From assembly GCF_009914755.1 (NCBI RefSeq), contig NC_060929.1: DNA of 64,000 nucleotides. The stretch is one strand, 5' to 3'. Numbering within the stretch: the first letter of the stretch is position 1; every line of letters starts with the position of its first letter. Below the pieces are notes generated by a model. That model did no database searches. It was given only the letters and a program-made list of their open reading frames with translations, and was not told where the DNA came from. The stretch is from the human T2T-CHM13v2.0 reference genome, Homo sapiens. Of this stretch, positions 13,466-27,656 are shown piece by piece. The position numbers and the translations under genes are program-made.

Positions 13466-16400
13466 GAGTAAGTTATGAGGTGTAAATCCCTCTCCATTAC
13501 TACCACCTCATCTTAAGTGAAAACTGTAGACTTCACTTACACTTTTGGTGTCAGAGGCTCTTTTGGCCAAATAGCAAGGGAGTTATAGCAGTGCATAGAA
13601 TCTGAAACAGGTTAAAATTGTACATGGCACGAGGGGACAGCTGACATCTGGATTACATATTTTATATGTCTTTTTAAATTCCCAAATCTGTGAGATTCAG
13701 ACCACAAGGGAATATGTCTGATTCATCCCTATATCTTCAGTTCTAGAAATGTACTTGGGATGTAATTATACAACCATTAATTATCTGGAAGTCTTGTTGG
13801 ATGAACGTGCTTCACACCAGAAGATGTGACTAGTGAAGCTGACTTTAAATACATACTAAAGATACAATGAAGAAATCTGTAGATTAGGTTGGATGGTACT
13901 CAAGCTCTATCTCTCCTTTGTTAAAATAAAGAACAAAGTATCAGCTATTCTCTAGTTTAGTGCAATGCTGATGTTAAAATCTCCATCGTGATAAGCAGGT
14001 GTCCCTAACATCTAATTCCCAGGAAGTGACTTACATACTGAAAATATGCTTGCTCATGTTACAACTCCTGTTTGTTTTCTTTTTTTGCAATATACTAATA
14101 AGTGTCACTTTGGAAAAATCACACACAATTTATTTTAGTCTTTGCAATGAATTGAAACTGAGGCATTATGGAGTGCTTGCAAGGATTCCTCATTTTTGAA
14201 TTTGATGCTCTCAGCGTTTAAATGACACCTCTTGAAAGGATTCATACCTTTTTTGAAAAAAAGGCCAATTTCAGATCTGTAAAGAGAATATGGAAAAATT
14301 AATGCCTCTGAAAGAAATCTTGAGACACAAGATTGGTCTATAGAAACAGATCATGTAGTACAATCTTATTTCTATTCCACTAACCTCTTGTCTGTATCTC
14401 AGATTGTTTTTGATAGAACACTCTACTGATGTAAATGCAAACATCCAAGAGAAAATACACTATTTTTACGATCAGAAGAAACAGATTTCCCATAAAAAAT
14501 GGGGTTCACTGAATTTCTAGGCACACAGAATTTTTTATTATACATGAATTTTTAATGAATCAACATTCAGAAAAGGGGTTCCATGGGGCTGAAGGGAATA
14601 TAATGTGTCAGATTATATGGAATGAGTGAGGGATAATGATGGTAATAATCATAGCTGAAATTTAACCTGGGTTTTTCTTCTAAAGAGCTCAAGGCATTTC
14701 ACATATATGGAGAATTATTTTTCACCCTGTAGGAAGAGTATTTTCAGGAGGATGCTGACCCATCAGGAGGCCATAGAGAAATAGTTTCATTATCCCTTGG
14801 TGCCAGGCTGTGTAAGAAGAATATTTTTCCTTCCAGGGCCTGAGATGAAGTGAAACATACATAGTCATTTTGATCATATAGCCGTAGAGTCCCTGGAGTC
14901 CCATTTCAGGGTCTGCAAGGGATTTAAGTAAAAACACCAAGAGTATATAAATATGAAAATTCTGCTAAGACATTTTCTCCTTCTTACAGAATTCTGAAGG
15001 TTCACTTCCCTTAGCCCTAATAATCTGTCCTCCTAATGGGCTTTTTTGAGGTGATACTGAACTAAGAACATACATTCTAGCCATTTTCCAAGACTAGCCT
15101 CAATCTGGGCTATAGAAAGAGGGCAGGCTTAGAGCCAAAGAATCATAGTATTTAAAGTGGACAGTAGAATATGTTTTAAACAATCAGTTCCTGAGGTGAG
15201 AAAACAGATTAATCAAAGGGAAAGTGTTTGTTTAAAATCATTCAAATCTTCAGTGTATGGATGAGAATGAATGCCGGTGTTCTTCCTCCTCCTTTGAACA
15301 GTTAGAGAGGGCAGGACTTTGAAGGAAAATCACTAACTCTATTAGCTTATATGGCATTTGAGCCAAACAACCCATAAGGCATGTATTAAAGTCCTTTCTA
15401 TTTTATAGAGTAAAGTGTGAAAGGATTATGAGATTTGTCCTCACTTCTCCAGCTCCTTCCATGTTATACTTGCCATGTGCTTATGGACACACTATTCCAG
15501 AAGGGCTGCCCCTCTTCTTCCCTAGAGGGAGAAGTCATTCATTATATCAATTTATTTGCTATTGTCAGTTTGAACTCCAAATGAGTAAATGAAGTACTTT
15601 TCTTTAATAAAGAGGTAATTTGCACAAATTTAGTATGAGGATCTTCTCTAGAATATCCCTAACATCTCTTTCCCTTACGTCTAAATGGACACCTCCAAAG
15701 ATGAGCATTCTTTTCATTAAAAGGACGTGATAGTAATCACCAGAGCATTCTTAATGTTAATGTTTAAACATTCCTCATTATAATGAGCTGCTACTGCTTG
15801 ACTTCCTCTCACATGTAACCACTGGCCCCAGTTTTGACCTCTAGGGTAATACAGATTAAAAAAATTATTGCTTGAAAAGTCATTTTTGTATCTGAGGACA
15901 GCAACCTCATCATTCTTCTAATTTATCTATTGTCCAAGACCACGTATTTCAAAAGAAAAAAAAAATCAGGTGCCCCCACCCCATGTTTAATTTTGAATTA
16001 AACTTAGGAAAAAATAACCAAGTCTCCCATGTATATCAAAGGCCTTTAAGAGAAGTGGTAGGTAGCCTCAGTGTCTTTTAGCATGAGGCATGGAGAACCC
16101 ATCAAATATCCAGTCACTGCCATCTGTTGCCATGAACACATTTGCCTTATGAATTATTTCTTGTGTAGTATTTGTAAACTCAGAAGATTGGATCAGATAG
16201 TTATTATGTCTCCCAATTCTACATGTCATGCCTTCCCCCTTTATTTAGGAAAAGAAGTGCCAGGTTTACTGCCTCCTTGGAATTCTATTTTGTTCATATT
16301 AATAGGTAGTAGCTTTAATCCATGCATACCAAGTAAATTTTAAAGCATCTTGAAGATAAATACCTTGAACAAGCTATAATAGGATCTTAAAGTACCGACG

Positions 16401-16605
16401 AATCCAAAAATGAACAACAAGAAATACTCTGCCTATAGACATTTCCTGAAATTTTAAACAAATCTGAATCAAATAGAATAAACAGATTTTTGGACCTGTG
16501 AAGGCTCCAAAGACAGCATATTTTGTTAGTCCAAGACAGCATACTTCATTACGTTAACAAAAGCAGTCTATATGGTTTGTTTGCTTTGGGGGATGTACAA
16601 ATTAA

Positions 16606-16912
<307 letters not shown>

Positions 16913-17459
16913 TCTAATATTATCTTATATAAGGTTAATGGTTCAATGTTGTCTGTACGAGTATCATACTTAAAGTGAGGCTAGGTCTGAATTGCAGCTC
17001 TCCTTAGGGGAAATGTTGATTAAATACAAGGGTCATGGACTTATTTAAATTTAGTAAAATTTAATGAAATAAATAAAAATTAAAATACTTTAAAGTAGCC
17101 AATTTTAGTTGTAAATCTAGGTACAGAACTCGAGTCTTCTAATGCTAATTAAGCTTTTTCTGTTATAGTAACAGGCAGCTGCCTGGAATCTACATATAAT
17201 TAGTCATGAGATCAGTTGTATTATTTGAGATAAAATGTTGGCATTTTGAAACTTACCTCTCCTCTGGACTAATCAGATGAAGTTACAGCTATGAATATTT
17301 TCTATTCAGGAATACAATCTGAAGGACAAAATAGCTCTTTTGTTCCTTCTGAAGAAACACTAAATAACAAGGTTAAGGGAGAATAAAGTCTTACTCTGGT
17401 CTCCAACTGTATGCTACACTATTTCTTGCTAAAACTCATTTCTTGATTTTGGTGTTTAC

Positions 17460-17494
17460 GTGTGTGCGTGTATGTGTGTGTGTGTGTGTGTGTG
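17460..17494. repeat. Imperfect (GT)n microsatellite
   Basis: Directly visible. Confidence 0.9.
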
Positions 17495-18789
17495 GATCTG
17501 TTTCTCTCTCACTCTCTGCTACTTTTCTACAGCACAACTAATAATCTCTTGAACACTACACAGATGTTTTCCCCATTCTGTGGCATACTTATTTTTCAAG
17601 TGGCTTCTGAGAGCAGATGTTCCCATGTGTCTTTGTAACTTCTTTTCAGTTGATGCTTTTGCAACATTAAAAAAAAAAAAAGTGTAGAGGTAAAGAGGAA
17701 GAATACTAAGAAGACCAATTACATAGCTGATGTTCTATTAGAACAGAAGGAAAATAAAGAGCAGTACATGTTTAACTTTTTTACTATGGGTTTGTGAAAG
17801 AACTTCCACTCAATTCAGTTGAATTGAACAAATATTTATTAAAAACCTATGTATAAGGCTCTTGGCTAGGTTCTGAGGGAGTACGAAGTAGACAGATGTC
17901 ACATAGGTTGGAGGAAGGATATTTGCAAAACAAGAACGCTTTCACAAGGCATATATGCGAGTTTGTATCTCAAGCAGAAGGCAAGAATAGAGTACTAAAG
18001 TTTAGAACATATGCAAAGAAAAGCAAAATTATCAGCAAAGTCTGGAGATTGCCTCGTGGTGCAATAATTGGGAATTTAGATTCAGAAGATAGCTTAGGGC
18101 TAGAGTATAAAGAACCATGAATGACAGACTGAGGAGTTCATGATTAATTGGATTTGTACTAGTGAAAGTTTTGAAAACAAGAGTAAGACAATCAGAGCCA
18201 TGTATTTTGGAAGATTATTGCAGCAGTCATGGGTAGGAGGAATTGAGGAAAACAAAGACAATAGACCTAGGGAACCACAGCTACCCATTCTACTGTGACA
18301 AAATAATAAGGTAGGATGTAATCTGTAAAAATAATAGGGTTGTAGAATCAAAGAGATTGAGGTTAGAGAAATCATTGCAGAGTGCTCCTTTCATTTCTTT
18401 CCCTTCCTAAAGATGTGAGTTAGAAGAACAGGGGGAACAGTGCTTCCAGTAATAAAAATTGGGATGTCTAAAGAAATTATTAATGTAGGGGTAGGGAGAA
18501 TGAGCTTGGTTAGCAGGTAACATATTCAGTTGTTGATGTTCAATAGGCAAAGCCTATTTGGTGTCAAGAAGATGGTTTTGTGCTGGAGATAAATATATTA
18601 TAAAGTTCACTGTATAGAATTGAAAGGTTATCAAGAAAAAAGCTGAAAAAGACTGTGGAAGAAAACTAACAACAAGACCTTGGCAATTAGTGTGGTCCTG
18701 ATAAAAAGCCAGAGGGAGAATATGAGCCTGCTAAAATGGCTGATACTGCAAGTGCAAAGGGTAGTAAGGAAAGCTTTAAACAAAGTTGA

Positions 18790-19088
<299 letters not shown>

Positions 19089-19165
19089 GCCCACACACAC
19101 AAAGTTGAAAAATAGTTCCATCTACAGGGAAAAATCTACCTAAATCCATCCAGCTGGAAGCTTAG

Positions 19166-21061
19166 GGAATAAGGAAAGACTAAGGGATTTGGCTATTATA
19201 AGGTTTTGCTAAGGATAATTCACATTCTTCTGTTAATGTAATAATTAATTTGTTAACATGAGAAGTTAAAGTAAGTTGAGGAGAATTCATATTCTCCTAT
19301 TGGATTCATTTCTGATTTCTCACCAGTCATGGCAGTGGGAGACTGACAGCCTGCCATCTTGATGGAGAGACCTTGACTCCTAAGCTTGGTGCCAGAAATT
19401 GCATAATTTCCCATTTTCCACCCTTCAAAATGCCTTCATTGCAAATATCAACCAAACTTTCTTCTATATGGATCTATTTTCCATTCATCTATGGCAGGAA
19501 ATGACCTATTTCCTACTGTCCTGATTTTGCCTTATTTTAATAATAACATAACATGGCAGGGATACCATCTCTCAGAATCCGTAGATTGGCTTTCTGGGGT
19601 TATCTTACAGTCATGCCAGTGGGAGACTGAGAGTCTGCCATCTTGATGAGAGGGAACTTGACTCCTAAGCTTGACTGGAATTGGGCTTGCAATTCTCTTC
19701 TGGGCTTGTTGCTTCAGAACTTTGGAAAGCATAACTTTGACTCTCAGAAGGTGAATTGCTCTATGATCTCAGATTTAGTTGGGTGTAATTGTTGAAGGTC
19801 ATCATAATATATTCCAATAGTATAATGGAGAAGAATATGATAAACTTCATTGCTGTACATTTTCTAATTCTTAGAAATTCATTCTTTATTTCAACCTGAG
19901 ATTCCTTCTGAATAACTTCAAGTTTGGTCCTTCTCCTCTGAAGGGAGAACATGAAGCCTCAAGCAAGTTATTTAATGCAGACTGTTGCTTGTCTTTCTTC
20001 TAAGATTTATATAAATATATGTGAAAATGAATGTGGAAGTGTTTCATGAAACTAGTTGTTTAATTGTTGGTGTTATTAATTAAAAGTAGAAAATAGGCAA
20101 TTAGAATAAACAAACATGGATGTAATAGCTGACGGTAAAAAAGACAAAAGATGTATTAATTATAAAAACATAAAAGCAAAGGTTTGAGGTACCATATAAT
20201 GAAGGGACAATACACAGTGGTCCGCATTAAAATTAATCACTACCTGGGTACTTCAATCGGGCATGAATTGATTAATTAGTATTTATAATACCAGAGTAAT
20301 ACTACACTAATTGTAATACAAGTGTAACGTTTGTAATATTGACCCAAATTCATCAGTAAAATATCCCATTATATTCAGTCTATTCTCTACAAAAGCATGG
20401 AAGAATGGAATACATTCAGAAAACTTTTCAGCCAAAGAACTTGAAAATCATTTAAAAGAGTCTTGTGCTGCACATTTCAGCCTCTGTTATTTGTAACATG
20501 TTTTTTGCAGGGCTTTGATGTTTCAAGCAATGCTGGGTCAACCCAACCACTCAGCACATTCACTGGACCTGGTCGTGCCCAAGCTCCTCCACTGCATGAT
20601 TCAGAGTTGAGATAGACACAGCCCTCTTCAACAGAGAGCCTTTCTTCCAACACTCTTGATTTTTCTTTATATGGCCTTTTCATCTTTGCACTTTATGGCC
20701 ATGATCCCTGAAAACTCCCACCTCTCAAATATTTGAGGAATAAGGAAAGATTAAGCAATTTGGCTATTATAAGATTTTGCTAACTCATACTAGGTTAACT
20801 TTTGGTTGGCATTAGAAATGGAACGACAATGTAGATTTCAATTGTCTAATATTTTATACAGAAGTTTTGTAACTGTTTTACATAAAAAGACTGTAATTTA
20901 GCTTAGTTTAGAGTTCAAAGTACTGAAAATATAAAAGATGGGGAGAATTCACATTCTTCTATTGGATGAATTTCTGACTTCTCACCAGTTATGCCAGCGG
21001 GAGGCTGAGAGCCTGCCATTCCATTTCTGGAAGAATGGAATACATTCAGAAAACTTTTCAG
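19166..21061 (+). repeat. Mosaic of local dispersed direct repeats (units A x2, B x3-4, C x2)
   Basis: A: 19166-19212 ~ 20737-20783. B: 19280-19388 ~ 19608-19673 ~ 20942-21019, with a partial copy at 19213-19232. C: exact 34-mer at 20398-20431 and 21028-21061. Confidence 0.85.
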
Positions 21062-21498
21062 GTTATAGAACATTACAGAACAGAGAACTTCAAAAAATAA
21101 AATAAAATAAAAATCACACTTTACCCTTCTTATGAAAGGATGGATAGTATTGCAGCAAACAGCTTCATAATTCTAGCTTAATTCTATATATTTTAAGTGG
21201 TTGAAAATTAGCAGAACATACCTGTAGTTCTCCTTCATTGACCAAATGAGTACATAAAAGTGATGACTTCAGGAAAAATGGAAATCTTTTCAGTGGAAGA
21301 AGAAATATGTGATATAAAAAAACAAATGCTTATTTGCTCCTATAATAGTGCCTACTACAAAGCTATATGCCAGTGGGTGCTTGAGAAATAATATGGAGTT
21401 ATCTTTTAACATGTTGCAGCTCAACATTGTTCTCAAATGAGCAATTTGAATGTCTTCCTTGTGTACCGTGGAAAAGTTTAGCCAAGAGTTGTTTCTAA

Positions 21499-21864
<366 letters not shown>

Positions 21865-23756
21865 TAACTATTGTCCTCCTTAATGGGGAGACATGGTACA
21901 CTTAAAGACACAATATTAAGCTTGTAAGTCATCTAGAAGGCAACTTCATTCTTTCCAAGGAAATTGGCAAAAACTGTTTTATGCCCAAGATGAGAGGTTT
22001 CTATATGAAAGACAGTCTTTCTATGGTTAGAAAAAATTGAACCAAAGGCTACGATGGAGTAAAATAATGAAGTGGGGCCAGCACATTCAGCTAATTATTT
22101 AATTACTTCTAGCTACAAAGAGCAATGCATAACCTATACAAAGAGTATAGAGTATGTCAGCCACAGTAAATTCCCTCTGTAATTAAAGAAGGACATATCC
22201 TTCAAAATTGAGGAAAATTGAGATCCAAGTGTTCAACTTTTGACTTTTCTTTTTTGATTTAGATCACACATTTATAATAGTCCTTCCTCCATTACTATTT
22301 CTTCATTGAGCAAGGTTCGGATATTTGGACACCTGAATAGATTTCTCAGTAGAGTATTACTGTCATTGAAGTGTTAAAAAATTCCTTCTGCTCTTCATTA
22401 ATTTTCAAAGCACACTTATAAAAGCATCCTGGCACAAAACCAGTAAAACACACAAACAGAAAGGAAAACCCATCACCCTTAGAAGATATAGAATGTGTTC
22501 CAAAGATGTATAGAAAGTAGTTGTTCATGATTTGTTTGTTGTATTAGTACATGATTCTGTGGTCTGTCCATTTATGCATACATCAGACATCTAGCGACAT
22601 TATTCCTCCTTATTCTGCCCCTAGAGCTCTGAAAAGGCCACTTACCTAAAAGACTGTGGATGAGACAATTTACTTTCCCCTAGCAAGGCAATGATATCTA
22701 CCCATCCATCTACCCATCATTCATTCAAAGCTTCCTGTGTATTAGACATGGTGTTCTCCAGTTCCCACAAAACAAAATATTTTCATCAATATTCCTAAAT
22801 ATGTTGAAGTCAGCATATATAATTTTCATAATAAAAGAAATGAGCAACAGTCAAAAATTAAAAATAAAAGTTTTTATAGTTGATTACCTGTTCTTTCCTC
22901 AACCCTGCTGAATGGTTCCATAGAACCAGTGGGAAGGTGAGGAATTTGGCATTTATGCTGGCTGTTTATTATTATCATTATTATTATTTTTACAATATAC
23001 ACCACTATTACCCCTTCCTGGACACTTACAATCTGTCTTACCCTGATCCATGCCATATAATTTAGGGTTTTTAAAAAAGTTTATGTTTATTATCAATCTT
23101 ACCTATGTTAGAAGGTAAGTTCTGCAAAGAAGGAAATGTTTCCTGTTTTATTCTTTTATGTGTCTCTAGGCCCTGGAAGTGCTTGGCAAAACATGGGCAC
23201 ATAATAATATGTATTTAATGAACCAATCATCTCCTATTATGAACCACAAGAACCCCTACTATGTGCTTGCTTTAACTCTTGGCAGTGCTTCTTTTGAACA
23301 AGTGCAAGCCTGTACATCCTCAGTCTGTGGAGAGATCCTGGATGATTTCAGTTTGCCAAGTGGAATGAGGACAGTCATTGCTAACAGAATCTGCATATAA
23401 GGAAATAATGTCCCTGCTATGTTCCAGGTACTGTGCTAATACATGCTTTGCAAATACTATCTCATTTAGCTCACGAAAATCTCTAGGGGCACTCTCATGT
23501 TTTATAATATTTTATCATCTTACATTTTTACTGAGGAAGTCCCTTGCCCAAAACACACAGTTGGTAACTATTTAGTTCAACTATTGCTGAAACTAAACAA
23601 TACGTCTTACAGCTCATACTCTGAACCCACTCTGATATATTAGTCTCATGTAATATGTTAACAACAGCTTCTCAACTCTCTGAAACAAAAGGAATGTGAA
23701 ATTTAAGTCCTCACACATTTCTAAGAGCCAAGTATCCTATTTTCTTTTTCAGGAAA

Positions 23757-23758
<2 letters not shown>

Positions 23759-23795
<37 letters not shown>
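23759..23795. repeat. (GA)18 microsatellite
   Basis: Directly visible perfect run. Confidence 0.95.
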
Positions 23796-23796
<1 letters not shown>

Positions 23797-24980
23797 AAGT
23801 CACGTTCAGCCATCCCTGCTAAAGCCTTTGTAATACCCACATAAGTCCGTAATTCCTTCACTTACTGTAGCAGTTAACAACCACAAAAAATAAAACCAGC
23901 CAATGCCCTCAACGACCCTTTCGCTTTATTCACATGAAGTTTTTGCCATAAACTGCCTGTCTTTTAAAAATAATCGCTAAGGTTCAGGCAACACTGTATC
24001 CCCTTGGATTGTGTGTGTCCTGGGCCGTGGGAAGGCCGTCACTGATTACAACCACAGCATCATCTGCCGACAATGGATTTCCAGATAAGAGTGAACTTTC
24101 AAAATGAGCAAGAAAGTGGTGTCTTTACAGTCTACCTGTTTTCACTAATAGATAATTCGAGTATCAAAGAGAAACTTCTCCACTCCTTCCACTCTCAAAA
24201 CAATAAAGGCCGTTTTATCTGAGAAGTAGTGCCGCGTTAAGCAAAGTAACGGAACTTAAAACCAACAGTAATATAGGAATAACTTGCTTACACGACTCAC
24301 AGCTAAAAATGATTGGAATCACCTGAACAAAGACAAACGCAGTATCAAAGAAGGACAACGTGAGGTTTATTATAAGCAAGTACTAAAAAATATATGCACG
24401 TGGCAAGAAAGCCATCAGCACATAGAGAAAAGCTGATGAATTCGTATTTGCAAGGGAACTAGGATCTGGTTTAAGGAGACATTGAGCCACAGAGAGTGCT
24501 GGCTCCGACTCGGATTAGTTAGGAAGTGTGGTCTGTGACAGAAAGACGTGGGCATGGCATGATCAGAGGCAGGTTCTGGTCACGGTTTTGCCTCCAACTT
24601 CCTGCATGGCTTCAGACAAACTGCTTCATCTCTTTTCACTGTGGTCCTTATAGTTCTAAAATGAGTGAGGAATGAAGCATCCTTCCTGATTATCTTACAG
24701 AATTATCATTTCTATAAGATCACATATCTATTGACTTGGAAAGAAGTCCATTGTTAAAGTTGTTTTAAAGTAGGATGCAGCCCAAAAAAACCGTAAAACA
24801 CCATCATAATCTCACATGTTACACACACAGGCCAGAATCACATGTGCAATGTGTCATCTTTATATCTCCTTTATACTTTTGCTTATTCTCTGATTTCCTT
24901 TTGCGATAAACTTTTTTCTTTTTCAATTATCTGCATTTTTGTAAGAAAGAGAAATAGAGAGAGAAACATAAATATGTAAG

Positions 24981-25339
24981 TCTCTTAGTCCCTTTAGGCT
25001 GCTCTAACAAAATACCATAGATGGAGTAGCTTAGAAAAAAAACTGAATTATTTGTCATTGTTGTGGAGGCTGAGAAGTCCAAAATCAAGGCACTGGCAGA
25101 TTCTGCGTTTAGTGAGAGCTCACTTCCGGGTTCATAGACGGATGTCTTTTCAGCATGTGCTTACTTGGTGAACACGGACGAAATAGCTCTCTGGGGTCCC
25201 TTAAACTAATCCCATTCCTGAGGGCTCTGCCCTCATAACTCAATTACCTCCCCAAGGTACCACCTCTGCACTCTATCACATTGGGGATAAGGTTTCAACA
25301 TATGAACTTTGGGGGGATATAAACATTCAGACAGTAGTA
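24981..25339 (-). mobile_element. MLT1A-type MaLR solo LTR
   Basis: tctcttagtc...gctgctctaacaaaataccatag ... gaagtccaaaatcaagg ... tttcaacatatgaactttggggggatataaacattcagac. About 360 bp. Confidence 0.8.
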
Positions 25340-26864
25340 AGCAGTAAAAAATTTAAATGCCATAAAAGAATAAGATATGAAGAGATTCCAAGATTCACTT
25401 TTTTTTGATCTTCTTAGTGTGAAGTACGATGCTTCATATTAGAATTTTGAGAAAGAATAGAAGGAAGAATTTCCCACATTGTAAAGAGAGCACAGATATT
25501 AAATATGGGGCAAATATTGACTAAATGAGTACATTATATAGCTTTAAGCCCTATTGACTTGAGTGTTAATAGAATAAGGGAAAAAACCATTTGAGATTCT
25601 GTAGCTCGTGGAGTTGACTTGAGTGAACCCATGCAAGGTCACTTTGAAAAATTTCTAGGCTCACTTTCAAAGTAAAAAAGAGGAGCTGGCAATGTTGAGC
25701 ATTCACTTTGCATCCCTGCTCTGACATTTGTCATTTTCAAAGATGCAAAGTAATTTGGGGGGCTGTAAATATCATCAAATAGTAGGCCATTGTTGCCTTT
25801 GGAAATAATTGTAACACAACCCTCCCTGGACTCAGGTGCACTCTCTCCGAGCACTCCCCTCACGGTTGAGAACGCACAGCACCCATCCCCCCATGCTAGT
25901 CAGGGCTTAGTTTCTCTATACAATCCTTGCTCTTTCTGGGAGTAGTGATAGAAAGTCTTTGGAAGACAAGAGAATTTTCCTTCTCCATGTTTTCCTAAAC
26001 CTCTCTATAAATAGTGGAATCCTGCTGTTAATACAACTTGGAGGTATATGTTTCTCACTTCTTCACAAAAAGCAAAGTAAAAGCTTGAGTTCAATATCCA
26101 TCTTTATGATTTCCCCAGTTTTGCAGAAAATTTAAATAGTGGGAATCATTCTAGTTGTTAAAACTCATATTGTGAAAATACAAGTATACCTCCTCTCATT
26201 TATTTTTTTAAGATTCTAGTTCCCCTGGTGCCTTCAAAATGTTATTACATATCCTTAACTGCTTTCCAGGAAGGCAGGAAGGGAGGCCACACAGGATCCG
26301 GAGAAAAAAGACAGGAGGTCTTGCCAGTAGTTGTTCAAGCATAATTGAAGATAAATCATCTCAGAGACAATAATGTGAGTCAACAGTCAGATGGTGTTTT
26401 ATTTACCAAAACAATAATTTAAAACAACCAAATCAAAATGGTTCTACAACTGGAAGAAATAGTGTGGTGAGATACAATGGTGCCTATGTCTCCTTTGATT
26501 CAAATTATCTGACCTAAAGAGACTAGCAGTCGACCCTGCAAAAAAGAAAATGATGTGGAAAGCAAAGTGATTACTGGATAATTCAGATTCCAATGGAATT
26601 GGCAGATATGTATCTAGCATTATGGAAAAGATATTGAACATGCTTACAGCAGAATTCCTCTTACAGAGCAAATTTTGTTCAAAATGATATCTTGAGAAGC
26701 CATCTGTGGTAGTAGGCAAGACTATTTCAGGTACTAGTTAATGGGAGATAAATTAATAAAGTGATAGCTAAACTGTTCCGCCTTATAAATGACCTAAGAG
26801 AGGCAAAGAGGGAAAGGGGGATGGCTAAGAAATATATCCAAAGACACGTTTAAAAGTGATGTTC

Positions 26865-27070
26865 CACCCCGTCTGTACTAAAAATATATAAAAAACATTA
26901 GCCGGGCGCGGTGGCGGGCGCCTCTAGTCCAAGCTACTCGGGAGGCTGAGGCAGGAGAATGGCGTGAATCCAGGAGGCGGAGCTTGCAGTGAGCCAAGAT
27001 CGTACCACTGCACTCCAGCCTGGGCGACAGAGCGAGACTCCGTCTCAAAAAAAAAAAAAAAAAAAAAAAA
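26865..27070 (+). mobile_element. AluY, 5'-truncated
   Basis: CpG-rich right arm with AluY motif ggcgtgaa...gcggagcttgcagtg and a long poly(A). TSD AAGTGATGTTC at 26854-26864 and 27072-27082. Confidence 0.93.
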
Positions 27071-27461
27071 GAAGTGATGTTCTACGTATGATTTCCAGTT
27101 CTTTTTGTTGGTTGCTACCATGTAACCTCTTTACCCATCTTATTCCCTCCATAAGGCTGCCATATAAATAATTTTGTGTAAAGGGAGTGTTGTTTTCACG
27201 GCAGCTCGGAAGATAGCTGAATTTCACACCTGGGTCAGCATCGTAAATACAGGCAACATGGGTATGGCATTGGGGTGACTCATAAACTAACTTAGAAGCA
27301 GCAGGAACTGATGCCAAAGAAATTGAAGAAAATGTTGGCGCAATAGGAATATGCAAGAATCTTGGGAAATTAGGTCTTATCAATATGTGTGGTTGTGGGG
27401 AGGTAAGACCAACCAACATCTGGGTTAAAAAAAAACAAATTATAGGTTTTTTCAAAAATGA

Positions 27462-27656
<195 letters not shown>

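Noticed and set aside
19166-21061. CRISPR-like or satellite interpretation of the repeated units
   Set aside because: Irregular spacing, few copies, three different units and a human context. Kept only as a duplication mosaic.
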